Shown piece after piece: positions 18,912-27,777 of a DNA stretch of 64,000 nt. This DNA is from Bacteroidota bacterium (lineage in GTDB: Bacteria; Bacteroidota; Bacteroidia; Bacteroidales; FEN-979), in contig JAPLDO010000078.1 in the NCBI GenBank assembly GCA_026391715.1, positions 60,214 through 124,213 on the forward strand. Direction: 5' to 3'. The notes beneath the pieces are model-generated. The model was not told the origin of the DNA and did not search any database. It worked only from the letters and a program-made list of their open reading frames with translations. Position 1 is the stretch's first letter. Each line of letters opens with the position of its first letter. The position numbers and the translations under genes were made by a program.

Positions 18912-19967
18912 TCAATTTATTTTTACCATCCTAAGTGGGGAATCCTTTTTAACTCTCAGAAGATTGGTAATAACAAGCGTATCGCCCACCTTAATTCCCT
19001 CGATAATTTGAATATATTCACGATTTCTAACGCCGGTTTTAACCATGACCGCCTGAGCGACGCCATTACGCTTGAGAAAAACGGTGTATCCTTTAATTGA
19101 TGGGATCAACGCGGCGGTGGGAACAAAAATGCTTTTTTCCAACTCATTCAGGATTAGGTTAACACGGGCGGAAGTGCCAGCCACCAAAATATTATTTTCA
19201 TTCGGAGCAATAGCTCTGATCAGGAGGGTGCGTGTAGCCACATCCACGGCTGGTTCAATAGCCTCAACAACGGCAATCTCATCATCAGAGAGATAATCGG
19301 TGCGAAAGCTAACCCTCGATCCGATATGCAAATCGCGGGAATACCGTTCAGGAATTGAAAAATCCAGTTTCATCTTGCTGATGTCCTGAAGGCTGGCTAA
19401 TACGATTCCAGGATTCACCAAAGCTCCTTCGCTCACATTCCGCAAGCCGATTTTTCCTGCAAAAGGGGCGCGGATACTGGTTTTTGCCAGATCAACTTTC
19501 AGTATTTCGATTTCTGCCTGAAGCGTTTGACGCAGATTCGAAACTTCATCAAACCTTTCCTGACTTATTCCCCCTTTGTTAAGCAGCGATTTTTCTCTTG
19601 ATTCATTTGCCCCGGCGAGTTTAACTTCAATTGCCAGCTTGTTGATTCTTGCATTAATATCGGCGTCGTCGAGCTTAAACAACAACTGATTTGCTGTAAC
19701 AAAAGCTCCCTCTTTCATAAGGATCGCAATGATCTTCCGGTTGATTTCACTCACAATTTCAACCTGTTCATTGGCGCGAAGGGTTCCAACAGTTTCGAGT
19801 TGGTAGTTAACGGAAGTGTCTTTTGCAATATAACATTCGACTGGAATTACCGGATTGGTATTAACCGGGCTAAGCTTCTCTTTTTTGCCTGAAAAGACAA
19901 ATATCTTTAAAAGGATAAGAATGGCAACCGCAGTTGCAAATCCCAGGAAAATAGATATTCGTTTCAT
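18912..19967 (-). CDS. RND efflux periplasmic adaptor (MFP/HlyD family)
   Basis: 351 aa with an N-terminal anchor. Lipoyl-like hairpin (GAFVTANQLLFKLDD ... IRAPFAGKIGLRNVSEGALVNPG) and a coiled-coil insert. 1-nt gap to the RND gene. Confidence 0.9.
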   Translation of the reverse strand: MKRISIFLGFATAVAILILLKIFVFSGKKEKLSPVNTNPVIPVECYIAKDTSVNYQLETVGTLRANEQVEIVSEINRKIIAILMKEGAFVTANQLLFKLDDADINARINKLAIEVKLAGANESREKSLLNKGGISQERFDEVSNLRQTLQAEIEILKVDLAKTSIRAPFAGKIGLRNVSEGALVNPGIVLASLQDISKMKLDFSIPERYSRDLHIGSRVSFRTDYLSDDEIAVVEAIEPAVDVATRTLLIRAIAPNENNILVAGTSARVNLILNELEKSIFVPTAALIPSIKGYTVFLKRNGVAQAVMVKTGVRNREYIQIIEGIKVGDTLVITNLLRVKKDSPLRMVKIN

Positions 19968-20010
19968 CCTTTTGTATTTAGAATTTTGAGTTCACTCTGA
20001 AAACTCTTTT

Positions 20011-20943
20011 TCACCGCCCATTTCCTCTTATTACATCCAGTTCCTCTGCGGTAAAAACACCTCTTTTGTATAGTTTAAGATATTGTTCCGATACTCCATC
20101 CCCAAAAACCAGCGCATCGTCGGTGTTGATTGTTACCTTAACGCCATGATCGAACAAAACCCGGATGGGATGAGTTTTGTAAGAGCGAACCCGTTTCATT
20201 TTTATATTGCTTGTGGGACAAACATTCAGTTGGATTCTATTATCGGCAAGCCACTTCATCGCCTCCGGTGAACCGGCTGCGCCAATGCCATGCTGAACTT
20301 CATCAAGCTCCAGTGTTTCCACAGCTTCTTTCACCGAATCTGCCGATCCAAACTCACCGGCGTGAGCCTTACGCTTCATACCCTGTTTTCTACAAATGCG
20401 GTATAATTCTTTGAAATTGTTGATGGGTTGAGCAAATTCATCATCATAAAGGTCAATAGAGCTGAAATAGTTCAAATATATAAATGATTCAAAATCTTTC
20501 ATCAGCGTTTGTACCGGAATACTTCGGGAAAAACCGAGTTCAGGACGAAATTCGATTTCCGGTGCTACCTTTTTATGATAATATTTTAGGGTTGCCACAA
20601 TGCGATCAGCCGATATTTTAAACACTCTGCCAAATGAAACATCAATACTCATTTCAAGCCTGGTAACGCCATCAACTCGCGCCTGAATAAAGGCAGCTTC
20701 AACTGCCTTTTCAAAAGCGCCGGGCAAGTCGAAAAACGGTCGGTAAACCTTGCCGATCCAGCGATTCAGATCGCCGATTCCAGTTTCAGCGGCTTTGAAT
20801 TTTGTAAGTTTTTTCCCATAATATTTCTCAACGACCTGTCGCCTGCCGCCCAGCAGGCAATGGTTGTGCAGGTCCGACTTAGGGATTCTCCGGATTTCCC
20901 TGATACTACCTAAAAGTAAAGTTTCAGAAAAACTGAGATCCAT
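20011..20943 (-). CDS. Adenosine/adenine-deaminase-family metallohydrolase
   Basis: 310 aa. DLHNH (metal His pair), KAHAGEFG (HAGE motif), VTINTDD (C-terminal Asp pair). Confidence 0.75.
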   Translation of the reverse strand: MDLSFSETLLLGSIREIRRIPKSDLHNHCLLGGRRQVVEKYYGKKLTKFKAAETGIGDLNRWIGKVYRPFFDLPGAFEKAVEAAFIQARVDGVTRLEMSIDVSFGRVFKISADRIVATLKYYHKKVAPEIEFRPELGFSRSIPVQTLMKDFESFIYLNYFSSIDLYDDEFAQPINNFKELYRICRKQGMKRKAHAGEFGSADSVKEAVETLELDEVQHGIGAAGSPEAMKWLADNRIQLNVCPTSNIKMKRVRSYKTHPIRVLFDHGVKVTINTDDALVFGDGVSEQYLKLYKRGVFTAEELDVIRGNGR

Positions 20944-20951
20944 AGCAATTG

Positions 20952-21557
20952 TTAAAATTTCCCGGATATGCCAACATTAACAATGCCTCTGAAGCCATAA
21001 CCCCATTCCATAAAAGCTCCAAACTCTTTGCCGATCCTCATTCCGAAAGCATTTACATGAAAGGCAAACCCGACGCCTGTATCATTTGAGTTTGTGCTGC
21101 CTTTCCTGTCCTGCCAAAGAATCACGGTTGCTCCTGCCTGAACGCCTGAATACATCGAAAAAATCCCTTTGTTTACATAGTGAAAATCCACCCTTGGCAA
21201 TACATTAATAAGATAATAATTCCAGGTAAGTTCATTGCCGCTTTTTGTCCTAATCAGAGTACTAATTGGATTTACGCTAAGCGAAAGACCAATAGAAATC
21301 CACGGTTTCAGATGACGGTTGTATTCCAGGCTTAACACGCCATAAAAGGAACAATTGTAATCGGAAATGGTATCCTTCCAGATAGTCATCCCGATTGCGG
21401 GCCAGACCGACATCAGGGAATTTGCCATTTCGGGGGCGGTAAGAACGCCGTAGCCGAGACGGATTTCATTTTTGCCCTTTTTAGTTTCCTGGGCATAAAT
21501 TGACGAGTTCAATGTTACGAAACAGAGCATTAGTAAAAGAATAGTTTTCGATTTCAT
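20952..21557 (-). CDS. Small outer-membrane beta-barrel protein
   Basis: ORF 20952..21785. I prefer the ATG at 21557 (MKSKTILLLMLCFVTLNSSIYAQE signal) because a -7 box lies at 21603-21596, inside the longer ORF. Alternating-strand pattern, C-terminal ...VGISGKF ending in Phe. Confidence 0.7.
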   Translation of the reverse strand: MKSKTILLLMLCFVTLNSSIYAQETKKGKNEIRLGYGVLTAPEMANSLMSVWPAIGMTIWKDTISDYNCSFYGVLSLEYNRHLKPWISIGLSLSVNPISTLIRTKSGNELTWNYYLINVLPRVDFHYVNKGIFSMYSGVQAGATVILWQDRKGSTNSNDTGVGFAFHVNAFGMRIGKEFGAFMEWGYGFRGIVNVGISGKF

Positions 21558-21595
21558 GTGAATATTGATTAGTTGGTTAGAAATTTTATATGTTT

Positions 21596-21603
21596 CAAAA
21601 ATA
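21596..21603 (-). promoter_or_regulatory. Candidate -7 promoter box (TATTTTTG on minus strand)
   Basis: Plus-strand caaaaata matches TAnnTTTG on the minus strand, 39 nt upstream of the ATG at 21557. Confidence 0.4.
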
Positions 21604-21630
21604 GATAAAAAATGAGCTTGTGATAAAATA

Positions 21631-22575
21631 CTAACAATTTTTTCTGCTTTTCGGATATGATTCAAATGTAAAACCATTAACATCTTCCCACTCCTGCAGC
21701 CGACCCCGGTTATATGTTTTTTCAATAAAATCTGAAACTCTATTTCCCGTGGGAAGTTTATCATACTCCTTTGCCAAAATATCAACAGGAATCAATGGAA
21801 TCTTATTAAATACGCAAGCGCTTACTCTTTTATGCCCATCATAGATAAACAAGTCGCTTCCAAGTTTAACAGTTTTAACAACGCTATTGTTATCGTCATC
21901 ATTACCGCAAATATATCCGTTGATTTTTCCGGCTTCATCCGTCTCATCCTTTCTTACATCTTGAGTGGGAAATAAAGACTTTGGAGAAACCCAGTATTTG
22001 TTTATGGCTGCATTATTTGAAAAGTCGGCATATAGTTTTAAAATCAATTTTGAAATTTCTTCAACAGTTGGTAAAGTAGTATCAATCACTAAATCAAAAT
22101 TGGTTAATTCACTGCAATCAACGCCATACTTAGTTTTAAAGCGTTTATCTTCGGCAGCCCTCCTTTCAAGAAGGTTTAATGATTTTTCATAAATATCCTC
22201 AACAATTGGTTCGCTGTCCCTGTGTTTGTCGGCAATTACTCTTTTAGCGGCGACAACCGGGTTAACCATTGTAAATATTTTAAATGACTTATGAATGAAA
22301 TGCCACGCCATTCTTGAATCTATAACGTAAGAATCCTCGTCGTCATTAAGTTTTATTACCAGGTCGTCAATGTATTTATCAATATCGTGGTTTGTTTCTG
22401 AAAAATAATTTAGCTCCAAAGTGTTCATGCCACTTTTTTTACCAATTTGTCGTTGAATACCTCCGGTATAAAAATACTTGTAATCAAGCATTTTACAGAG
22501 CGCTTTTGCTATACTGCTTTTACCGCTTCCCAGTTCGCCTGTAATTGTGATATTTAGTTTGCTCATTTTATTCAT
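21631..22575 (-). CDS. Cytidylate-kinase-like P-loop kinase fused to a ParB/Srx-like domain
   Basis: The ORF track starts at a TTG (22596). ATG candidates are at 22575 (MNKMSKL) and 22566. N-terminal half: ITITGELGSGKSSIAKALCKML Walker A and a kinase-like core. C-terminal ~110 aa: WVSPKSLFPTQD ... LFIYDGHKRVSAC, resembling the ParB/sulfiredoxin-fold L.PTQ and DGHHR motifs. Confidence 0.65.
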   Translation of the reverse strand: MNKMSKLNITITGELGSGKSSIAKALCKMLDYKYFYTGGIQRQIGKKSGMNTLELNYFSETNHDIDKYIDDLVIKLNDDEDSYVIDSRMAWHFIHKSFKIFTMVNPVVAAKRVIADKHRDSEPIVEDIYEKSLNLLERRAAEDKRFKTKYGVDCSELTNFDLVIDTTLPTVEEISKLILKLYADFSNNAAINKYWVSPKSLFPTQDVRKDETDEAGKINGYICGNDDDNNSVVKTVKLGSDLFIYDGHKRVSACVFNKIPLIPVDILAKEYDKLPTGNRVSDFIEKTYNRGRLQEWEDVNGFTFESYPKSRKNC

Positions 22576-22699
22576 GTTGATTGCAATTTCTTTCAATACC
22601 TGCTCGAGTTGTCCAAAAAATAGGACAAATTAGCTTGCGATGAGGTCAGGAATTCTGAATTTCGGATTACAAATAATATCTTTACTCAAAACGGGGTAA

Positions 22700-22720
22700 A
22701 ACCTGAAACCTGGAACTTCG
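22700..22720. repeat. Short heptamer repeat AACCTGA / AACCTGG / AACTTCG
   Basis: Read directly. Same unit as at 51383-51410. It is preceded by TACTCAAAACGGGGTAAA, which recurs as TACTCAAAACGGGATAAA at about 51164-51181. Confidence 0.6.
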
Positions 22721-22726
22721 CCATAG

Positions 22727-25700
22727 CTACATCCCAACTGCCAGCTTCTTTACAAACCTGGTTCCTTTGCCGGAAAAATGAACTATGTAAATACCCTTGT
22801 CTAAGCCCGTCAAATCAAGTGTTTCAGTGAGGCGGTTCATGTTGCGCGTCAACATGAGACGTCCATCGGGCGTATAAATTGAAATCTGATACAAAGCAGA
22901 TGCTTCAATGGTTACAGAATTTCGACAGGGATTTGGGTAAATTTTCGCCAGATTTCCGCCATCGGAATCTTCCATTCCGCCGATGGTTGGTTTAAGCAGA
23001 ATTGTCAGATCAAGGTTGCTGGCGATGTTCTGGGTTTTTGTCCATGTCTTATAATTCTGTTTCTTTACCTGAATCGCTGCCGTTCCCGGCGTTGCAGTAA
23101 AAGCTGCTTTCCCCAGAATGTCGGTGCGCTGAACGCCGGAACCTTCAAAAGTTATTTCAGCGGCGCTTATCGTGGCGTTTGTTACTGAATCCTTTACAGT
23201 TATCGTTACATCATGAAATGGCACAGGTAGCGGAATATTTGTAAACACCCTGAATTCTCCCGGACCAAAAGTGAATATCTGATTCGCCGGATCGGTAACG
23301 GTTATGGCTTCTCCCGAGAAGTAGTCGTACCACTGTCCGGAGGCGGAAAAGCCGGGGGCAATGTCGCGACTTGCCACATTCATGTTGCCGGTTATCACCA
23401 CATTCATGCTGCTATGCGAAATCCACATTCGTTTGCCGAGCCCGGCAAGATCGCCGGTAAAAGTTCCAAACCGGAAGGCGTCGCTTTTCCTCAGTTTTGC
23501 CATGCCGCTATAAACGCGGTAAAGTTTTTGCCGTTCAGGCTGATTAAAATAATCCCACCGCGGGGGTTTGGGAGCCGTGCGGTCGCCGTTAAACATGATG
23601 CTGTAATCATAACCGAGTTCGCCAAACTGCCATACCATCTTGGGTCCCGGAATGCCCATCATCATCGCCGAAGTCATCTGCATCTGATGCACGGCAGTCA
23701 TGGTATCCTTAATGTTGTAATTCCCTGCGGAATTTCCGTTTGAAAGGGCTTCAAACATTATCCTTTCCTGATCGTGATTTTCCATGTAATCAATCAGGTT
23801 GGGATAATTCCATCCGCGGTTACCGGCGTACGCCCATGAAATATCCGAATTGCTTTGCCATCCCATACCAACTTGTTTGTAGCGCTCGTGCATGGCGCTC
23901 CAGAGTAACATCCCTGAATTGGCAAGGACTTTTTCTTCGCTGTTATCGGCAAAATGCTCCAGAATCATATAGGCATTGCCGTTTACCGATTTAATATGGT
24001 TGTAGTAATCGGTAATAATATTAATCCTTCCCTGATCATATTGACTCCACGCGCCAAGGTCGCTGCCAGTGTACTTCTGAGTAAGTCCCTTGGAAAGATC
24101 AAACCGGAAACCATCCACTTTATATTCAGTTAACCAATATGAAAGAACCCTCTTGAAGAATTCGCGGGTATATGTACTTTCATGATTGAAATCATAGCCA
24201 ACGCTCAGCGGATGAGGCGCCAGAGGATTCAGCCACGGATTATCCGCTGATGGCTGTCCTGAACCTGTTGCAGCATCGAAATACATTGCAGCCAGAGGAC
24301 ATTGTCCAAAACAGTGGTTTGTGACAATGTCGAGAATCACAGCTATCCCGCGTTTGTGACATTCATCAATAAACTTTTTGTAATCCACTTTTCTGCCATA
24401 ATATTTGTCGGTAGCGAAAAAGAAATTGGGAGCATAGCCCCAACTTTTGTTCCCGTCAAATTCGGCAACCGGCATAAGTTCAATAGCGTTTACGCCCAGG
24501 TTTTTCAGATAATCCAGTTTTTCCATTGCAGTTACGATAGCGCTCGAATCGGTAAAATCGCGCAGGAGTAATTCATAAACCATGAGGTCCTGCTGAGTTT
24601 CATTTAACGCCGGCGGAATGAAGGAGGTTACCTCCCAGGGATAAGGCGACTGGTTGGTCTGGAATACGCTTACCGGTCCAATGGCTTTATCAAATGGATA
24701 TGGTTTGAGATTTGGATAGTTAAATGTCGGAATCCACCGGTCGTTCCACGGATCGAGAATTTTATCGCAATAGGGATCGGCGATTTTCAACTTTCCGTCA
24801 ATAAAATACTGATAAGCATACTCAGTTTGATTTGTTAATCCGGCTATGGTTACCCAGTAATTTTTACCGTCGGGAGTGCGTTTCATATAATTCTGATCAT
24901 TGGGCGTCCAATTGCTGAATTCGCCGAGGGCGAAGGCAAAACTTTTAAGTCCCGCCGGATCGTTAAGCACGAGGGTAACTGTTGTGTTGTCAATATAGTT
25001 GATACCGCTTTTCATGCCGGTTGGTAATTCCTGCACAATCACCGGTCCTCTAAGATAAATGCTTACCGAATCCCTTGCCTTTCCGGTAGTTCCGGTTGCG
25101 ACAGCTTTCACCCAGTAGGTTCCGGGCGCCATTCCCTGAAGTACAAGAGGATATGCCAGTGAAGAGGCGGTTTCTGTTTTCAGAAGTTGTTGATCGAGAT
25201 AGATGCTGATAGTTTGGTTTTGCAGGGCTTCAACGCAAACCGGCATCACCTGGTTGGCGCTTGCAAGCGGGTCGCGGCTTGTAGGGTTCATTATCTTTAC
25301 CCTTAGCGCGAGGTCGTAAACATCAACAAGGATATCGGAGCCGTCGGCATTTTTATGTTCGGGATAATTTCCACCGGGATTGGGCTCTCCGCCTCTGAAT
25401 ACAAAAGCCATCTTCAATATCTTCTCAGCGGAAGGAACTCCGTAATACTGACGGATGTTTGGAATCTCAAGGCTGAAAAGGTTATCTCCGATTTTTGTGA
25501 GTTTAGTTTCCGGCGTATTCTGTCCCCACTGGGTTTTCACATATTTCCAATCGGTGTTGGATGTGCTCAGGTTAGTAATTACCCCCGTGTGGGCATACAC
25601 GTCGCCGGCGTAGTTGTACAATCCGCCATTTCCCAGTGCGGCATTAAAATAGATCATAACAGGAATCCCTTCAAGCGGAAATGCAGGCGCTGTTGTGATC

Positions 25701-26539
25701 AGGTTTACAACTTGTCCGCAACTGAATTGCTCTCCGACAAGATATCTGTAATTAAGTCCGTTGTTGTCGTTTACTCTAATGGCGATCAAATCCCAGTCTT
25801 GTTGAGGATTTTGAATAACCGAACTGAAAATATAATACTGCACTGTTGTGTCGTTTGGTTGAGATGGAATAGTTGCAGTTCCCGCTGAACCAGAAACAGT
25901 GAGCGACGCTGTGGCTCCGGTTAACCAGTTATCGGTTGAATAGCGGAGGTAGAATTTCTCCTCCGGCGATGGGTTCGCCGAAAACTGAGCCGTAATTGTC
26001 ACCACGTCGAGGTTGGTAACGATCAGCGGCTGCTGTTCAACCGAAACGATTGAAACAGGTTCTGCCGAAGTCTCCATAAAAATGGCGCGGGAGCTAAAAT
26101 AGCCCAAGTCCTCGAAAATAACAGAGTACCATTTATTCTGGACTACATTAACAATATTGTTGGGGTCGCTGGGAGTTCCGTAGGTTAGGTTTGAAAAGGC
26201 GTTTACTGCAACTGCTATATTCCCTGCCCACTGATTTCCCCATGGGTCGAGGAAACTTGTGCTGGCAAATTTAAAACTCTGTGGACCTGTGGCTCCTGTA
26301 TATTGGAAAGTGGTTTGCCAGCGCGGGGTTCCGGTTTGGATTTTCTGCAGATCGAAAACTCCGCCCATTCCTGTATTATTGACCCAAGCGTTCCACTCGC
26401 CGGGCATACGTAAGCCATCGGGTTCATAAATCTGGGAATAAACGGAAATTTCCGCTACGGCGATCAGCATGATCAGCGTTAATAAAAATCGGATCATAAC
26501 TGGTCTCAGAAGATGTCCGGAATTACTGGTTGAAATCAT
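22727..26539 (-). CDS. GH13 alpha-amylase-family glycoside hydrolase with N-terminal accessory modules and T9SS C-terminal sorting domain
   Basis: 1270 aa. GH13 conserved regions: VILDIVTNHC (I), VDGFRFDLSKG (II), YMILEHF (III), DYMENHDQERI (IV). An E-set/CBM48-like segment (FALGEFSNWTPNDQNYMKRTPDGKNYWVTI) lies upstream. C-terminal KIYPNPCRNSVTIEA...GIYIVHFSGKGTRFVKKLAVGM is a type A T9SS CTD. Confidence 0.9.
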   Translation of the reverse strand: MISTSNSGHLLRPVMIRFLLTLIMLIAVAEISVYSQIYEPDGLRMPGEWNAWVNNTGMGGVFDLQKIQTGTPRWQTTFQYTGATGPQSFKFASTSFLDPWGNQWAGNIAVAVNAFSNLTYGTPSDPNNIVNVVQNKWYSVIFEDLGYFSSRAIFMETSAEPVSIVSVEQQPLIVTNLDVVTITAQFSANPSPEEKFYLRYSTDNWLTGATASLTVSGSAGTATIPSQPNDTTVQYYIFSSVIQNPQQDWDLIAIRVNDNNGLNYRYLVGEQFSCGQVVNLITTAPAFPLEGIPVMIYFNAALGNGGLYNYAGDVYAHTGVITNLSTSNTDWKYVKTQWGQNTPETKLTKIGDNLFSLEIPNIRQYYGVPSAEKILKMAFVFRGGEPNPGGNYPEHKNADGSDILVDVYDLALRVKIMNPTSRDPLASANQVMPVCVEALQNQTISIYLDQQLLKTETASSLAYPLVLQGMAPGTYWVKAVATGTTGKARDSVSIYLRGPVIVQELPTGMKSGINYIDNTTVTLVLNDPAGLKSFAFALGEFSNWTPNDQNYMKRTPDGKNYWVTIAGLTNQTEYAYQYFIDGKLKIADPYCDKILDPWNDRWIPTFNYPNLKPYPFDKAIGPVSVFQTNQSPYPWEVTSFIPPALNETQQDLMVYELLLRDFTDSSAIVTAMEKLDYLKNLGVNAIELMPVAEFDGNKSWGYAPNFFFATDKYYGRKVDYKKFIDECHKRGIAVILDIVTNHCFGQCPLAAMYFDAATGSGQPSADNPWLNPLAPHPLSVGYDFNHESTYTREFFKRVLSYWLTEYKVDGFRFDLSKGLTQKYTGSDLGAWSQYDQGRINIITDYYNHIKSVNGNAYMILEHFADNSEEKVLANSGMLLWSAMHERYKQVGMGWQSNSDISWAYAGNRGWNYPNLIDYMENHDQERIMFEALSNGNSAGNYNIKDTMTAVHQMQMTSAMMMGIPGPKMVWQFGELGYDYSIMFNGDRTAPKPPRWDYFNQPERQKLYRVYSGMAKLRKSDAFRFGTFTGDLAGLGKRMWISHSSMNVVITGNMNVASRDIAPGFSASGQWYDYFSGEAITVTDPANQIFTFGPGEFRVFTNIPLPVPFHDVTITVKDSVTNATISAAEITFEGSGVQRTDILGKAAFTATPGTAAIQVKKQNYKTWTKTQNIASNLDLTILLKPTIGGMEDSDGGNLAKIYPNPCRNSVTIEASALYQISIYTPDGRLMLTRNMNRLTETLDLTGLDKGIYIVHFSGKGTRFVKKLAVGM

Positions 26540-26611
26540 AAGTTTAGTTGTTTAAAAGGTGCAGCATGGGGCTTTGTTGCTGTGTTGTTGGCAGTGAGTA
26601 ATGTTTTTTGA

Positions 26612-27523
26612 TCAGTTTGTTATACTAATTTTATTTTCCATGATAATTCTGTTGTCTTCTATCAACCTTAGCAGGTAAACTCCAATGGCTAAATTATCGC
26701 GCTCTAATTTTACCTCTTGACCAAATATGTGTTGTATTCTCTTAATTTCTTGGCCGAGAGAATTATAAACTTGCAAAGTCGCTTCTTTTAAATTCTTGTT
26801 TATTTTAATAATTGTGGATGTGGAAAATGGATTGGGGTAAACTGAGGTTCGAGTAGGTTCTTCAATATCATCAATTTTGGTTATCAGAGTACATGAATTG
26901 GTCGTATCATAATTCCATACGGTTTGATTATTCATTTTCACACACCATAAATTACTCCCAGATTCAAACGGAACAACCAATTGGGCAAAAGCTCCATAGG
27001 TACTGCCAATGCCTTCTATGATTGCAGCATAATTATTATACCAACCATTACTTAGCCAAAACCTTTTGTTATAATGGTTTCCAACAAGAACCGAGTCAAT
27101 TGAATCTACAAAATTGAATCCATTGATAACTGACGTAGGGAGGGTATCTCCCACATTTAGATTGAAATTATATGCCAGCGTATCCTGCCCATATTTAAAC
27201 AAATAGATTTTTTTATTAATAATGTCCTGTCTGAATGCGCCCCAGTATTCTCCAAAATAGTAGTACGGTGGAAAAGGTGGGGTGCAAAAACTCGACTTGT
27301 ATCCATTCTTATAGAGTTTATGATAGGTGTGACTACCAATAACAGTATCTCCTGAAATAAAAAGGTTGTGATCATCTGATATAAGGCAAGCGCCTCCGTC
27401 AATATACCAGGAGGATTGAAGCCAGACCGCATTCGAGTCCGGAAATGGGTGGTAAACATTTGTTTGCCCAAAGGAATTAGAAATTATCACTATGAAACTG
27501 GTAATGAGTAGAACTGTTTTCAT
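26612..27523 (-). CDS. T9SS-secreted hypothetical protein
   Basis: 303 aa. Signal MKTVLLITSFIVIISNSFGQ. C-terminal SVYPNPFSTSTIIKINK...GVYLLRLIEDNRIIMENKISITN matches the T9SS CTD pattern. Confidence 0.75.
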   Translation of the reverse strand: MKTVLLITSFIVIISNSFGQTNVYHPFPDSNAVWLQSSWYIDGGACLISDDHNLFISGDTVIGSHTYHKLYKNGYKSSFCTPPFPPYYYFGEYWGAFRQDIINKKIYLFKYGQDTLAYNFNLNVGDTLPTSVINGFNFVDSIDSVLVGNHYNKRFWLSNGWYNNYAAIIEGIGSTYGAFAQLVVPFESGSNLWCVKMNNQTVWNYDTTNSCTLITKIDDIEEPTRTSVYPNPFSTSTIIKINKNLKEATLQVYNSLGQEIKRIQHIFGQEVKLERDNLAIGVYLLRLIEDNRIIMENKISITN

Positions 27524-27583
27524 AAAAAGGGACTTTTGCTCACCCTTCCCTTCTTGGAAAAGACGGCGTGATGGGGACTGTTT

Positions 27584-27730
27584 CTCCCCCTTCCCTTTTT
27601 GGGGAAGGGGGTCAGGGGGGAAGGGGTCATTTGGGGAAGGGGGTCAGGGGGGAAGGGGTCATTTGGGGAAGGGGGTCGGGGGGAAGTGGTCATTTTTTGG
27701 GGACGGGGGTGGGGGGGAAGGGGCCATTTG
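27584..27730. repeat. G-rich intergenic element: hairpin plus about 4 tandem copies of a 32-bp unit TTGGGGAAGGGGGTCAGGGGGGAAGGGGTCAT
   Basis: Read directly. Hairpin: ctcccccttccc (27584-27595) / ttttt / ggggaaggggg (27601-27611). Perfect 32-mers at 27599-27630 and 27631-27662, then two degenerate copies. Related element at 29432-29510. Confidence 0.9.
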
Positions 27731-27777
27731 CAGAGGGGAAAAGGTCAATTCCAGTGGGAATGGGTTCAATTCCAAAC

